Assembly: GCA_030704615.1 (NCBI GenBank)
Contig: CM060734.1
Coordinates: 34,534,001 to 34,598,000, forward strand
Direction: 5' to 3'
DNA length: 64,000 bases
Origin: Takakia lepidozioides
Lineage: Eukaryota > Plantae > Bryophyta
The position numbers and the translations under genes were made by a program. The notes below the pieces were generated by a model. That model was given only the letters and a program-made list of their open reading frames with translations, had not been told where the DNA came from and did not search any database. Shown one piece after another: positions 61,080 through 64,000 of the stretch; the first letter of the stretch is position 1; every line of letters starts with the position of its first letter.

Positions 61080-63039
61080 TCTCTTGGTGCAAACAACGTC
61101 TTTGTTTCTCAGTTCTTTTCTTCTTTTTTTAATGGCATACTTCAGAAGCTGAAGTAAGCGTCCACATTTGAGTAGGACTCATGGACCAATGAAGTATGCG
61201 TAAAGTAAATGGGAAACTATGGTCAAGCTGAAACACTTGAACAGATCTATCATCATTTGGTATGGGGTGCCATTATTCATGCTGCAAATTAAGAATGTCT
61301 GGTGAAGTAGAAAGCTACAACAAAGATTGCAATAAAAGGTTTGACATGCTATTCTGTAGCTCTTCCATCATTGGCACACCACATCTTAGTGATGACATCC
61401 AATCTTAGACATCAAAATATTGGCTTTGTTAATCACTAACATAGAAAATGTGAACAATGGACTGGAACTATTGACCTTTGCTCAGGCTGCTATAGTTTGG
61501 CAAATCTTGGCGGTCACAAAACTGGTTGTAAGGCACATAGAAACTTGGCAAGATAGAAACACTTCTAATCTACGTTTTAAAACCTTCAAAAGTCCTTACT
61601 GAGACGATATATATGTATATACCATCCAGGAAGATAGAGCACCAACTAAGTCCACTCTTGATCATGAGTGGAATAAGTTTCACACAGAGATGGACACAAA
61701 ACACCTTGCATCACAAACAAAAAGGGGGTTATGCTCATGTTTAAATGATTGAAGGGGTTCCAGGAAACAGGAGGGTGGGAAGAGTCATCGGTCCAATGGA
61801 TTACTACTAATATAGAGCATCTGGGTACTAAAAAGTCAACACTATAGAACACGTTGAGCTAATAAATTGCACATAAACTTTCCAACCTCAATCCCTAGAG
61901 GAATACTTCCCATAACAGCCCTATTATTATCAGCATATAGAAGGAACAACCATGACCATACTGTACATATGCATGCAATGACAATAAAAAAATAGGAAAC
62001 AACCAGGACAAAAGTTGAAGGTTTGGAGTAAAAAAGATATATAACAATCGGACAGCCTAGTAAACTCTGAACCCGCATATGATACACGGAGCTCACAATA
62101 CTCCAGTATTCAAAAATTCTTCCATTGATTCCACCAGACACGTGAAAGTGACGATCTCTTAAGACCTGATCATATGCAAGCCCTGGCACGAAGTGTCAGT
62201 AGCACTGGTCCATATCACCCATGTGGAATCTCTCTAGGTATCTACTTACATACAAAACATGACCATACTTGAAAGAACGAAATACAACATAAAGGCACAC
62301 AAGCACAAAAGGATCACAAAAGGACGTTTCCTGCCAATAAGGATCAGGCTTCAACTGCCTTATGTAGTTAAAATATCATAGTGATGTTTTTGTCCATGAC
62401 CTTACCATTGCTAGTATCAAAATGGCAGGATTTCATGGCAAATCATAGCCTAAAGTCTCCACACACAGGTGCGTCCATGAGATAGGACAAAGGTCAAACG
62501 TGCACAAATTGTTCCATTAGTAGCTAGGAGAATTATCTGATCCACAAGGCAATGGCTCAGAAGCTGGGGATGGATGTAGAAGTGAGGGCTTCAGGTGTGA
62601 CATTGAGGGCCTCCATCTATAGGGCATCTTTTGACTTTCAGTGACAGCCACATACACTGCATAGACAACTGTATGTCGGCTTGATAGCTCTTGGATAGGA
62701 GACAGGTCCAATCACGTTCTCAAATGCCAGCAATTTAGAATTGTTTATCCCCATTAAGTAAAAAGGGATAGTATCATGCCTTATTACAATTATACAGAGA
62801 TTTCCTCAGGGGTATATTTGTTTGTGAAAACACAGGGAAACAGTCTTCTCACTAACACCACCTGCTGATGGTTCCAGTCAAAAGATGTCCCAAAAATGTT
62901 GGAAAGAGTTCACCAGATCTTTCCAGCATGTGTAAATATCTAAAGTTTAGACAGAGAGAGAGAGGAAGACTCCTGCTGAAGCAACTGAAGTGAAGCAGGC
63001 GTAACTCATGGTGTCAAGGGCTACTGCCTTCTGTTTGGA

Positions 63040-63250
63040 AGGTGGACACCTTCTAATGGCTGTACCCGGCCAACGCAGTTGCCCAACCCTCCCCCAAGGA
63101 CTCGAAAGTTCCTAGGTATTCGGTTGAGCCAGCTACCATAGCTGGATTGGCTATAATGGGTGACATCCAGCATACACCTATGTGGCTTTGAACCCACGAC
63201 CACTTGTAAGGCGGCTTTGTGTCCTAACAACGGGGAAATCTGCTAGAGTC
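63040..63250 (-). mobile_element. Possible tRNA-derived SINE
   Basis: Minus-strand GGTCGTGGGTTCAAAGCCAC resembles a tRNA T-arm/B box; no full cloverleaf or TSD established. Confidence 0.35.
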
Positions 63251-64000
63251 CTAAGTTTAGACACCTACTTGGATGGGCCTTCAATTTCACCAAATCACAC
63301 AAGGCCAGCTTGACCTGAAATCCTGACTCTTATTTTTTACTATCCACGAACCCCTCTGTTAAAGTAGCAGATATATACACCATGATAGGCACTTCTGGCC
63401 TATCTTAGCTAAAAAGATGTTGTTTAGATCTTATGGCAGTATACTGGATAATCATTTGTAAGAGACAGTGTAACAACTCCGTACAGAAATCAAAAGGTAA
63501 CAAAACTGATGTTGCACCAGTCCAAGTTGAACGTGAACTTTACACAACATAGAGTGTGCAGTGTGCTGTCAATCACAAAGTCTCAGACCATCAATCTAAT
63601 CATGTATGACAGTGACAAGCTGCCACCACTCGCCACTGAGTATATCAGCTCCCAACAGTGGGGTTAGATCATATATTACTGCCTCAAATTCATGTGCATA
63701 CCTTTCTACAAAATACTACAGCCATGATGTTGGCTGGCACACAGCAGGTAAAGCTATTGTTAAGATCCTTCTGGTAGTATAATTTTGGACAATGTAGGGG
63801 TATGAACGAATGTTTACAACAGTGCACGAATCCATGTGGGTGGGAAGAGATTTACTCCTGGGCACCGTTGCCGCAAGATTACAGGTGCTCCTAATGACCT
63901 TCATATACTTAACAATTGAAGTTCAGCTAGTGACTTGATAAAAGATTCAGAATGCCTTTCAACTATGTGCAGTATTTGGGAGGGCGCGCTATTTTCCTGC

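Overview
Eukaryotic, transposon-dense genomic DNA, most likely from a non-seed land plant (bryophyte or lycophyte-like; inferred from spliceosomal introns, plant-type genes and the TE spectrum). Host genes: an intact RLF-like cytochrome b5 gene with a U12-type intron (51.8-53.1 kb), the last exon of a CELF/Bruno-like RRM gene (58.9-59.2 kb, minus), and an S6PDH/M6PR-type aldo-keto reductase pseudogene split mid-exon by a 2.8-kb inversion (7.8-12.8 kb). Mobile DNA: large palindromic repeats with a conserved asymmetric spacer, a Harbinger-like element holding a Penelope-like RT flanked by a 277-bp exact duplication, a Tc1/mariner MITE, a SWIM-MULE with a convergent Ulp1-protease accessory gene (its transposase is interrupted by a young chromovirus), pogo/Tigger relics and LINE fragments. 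The most notable structure is at 32.4-42.4 kb. A GCM-like/SWIM Mutator-type transposase lies head-to-head with an intron-containing gene for a ParB-like domain fused to a beta-class (N4C/N6A-type) DNA methyltransferase fold. The first intron of that gene carries about 15-17 regularly spaced copies of a 24-bp palindrome (parS-like). This copy is degenerate. All protein assignments come from manual translation and motif recognition; no searches were run.
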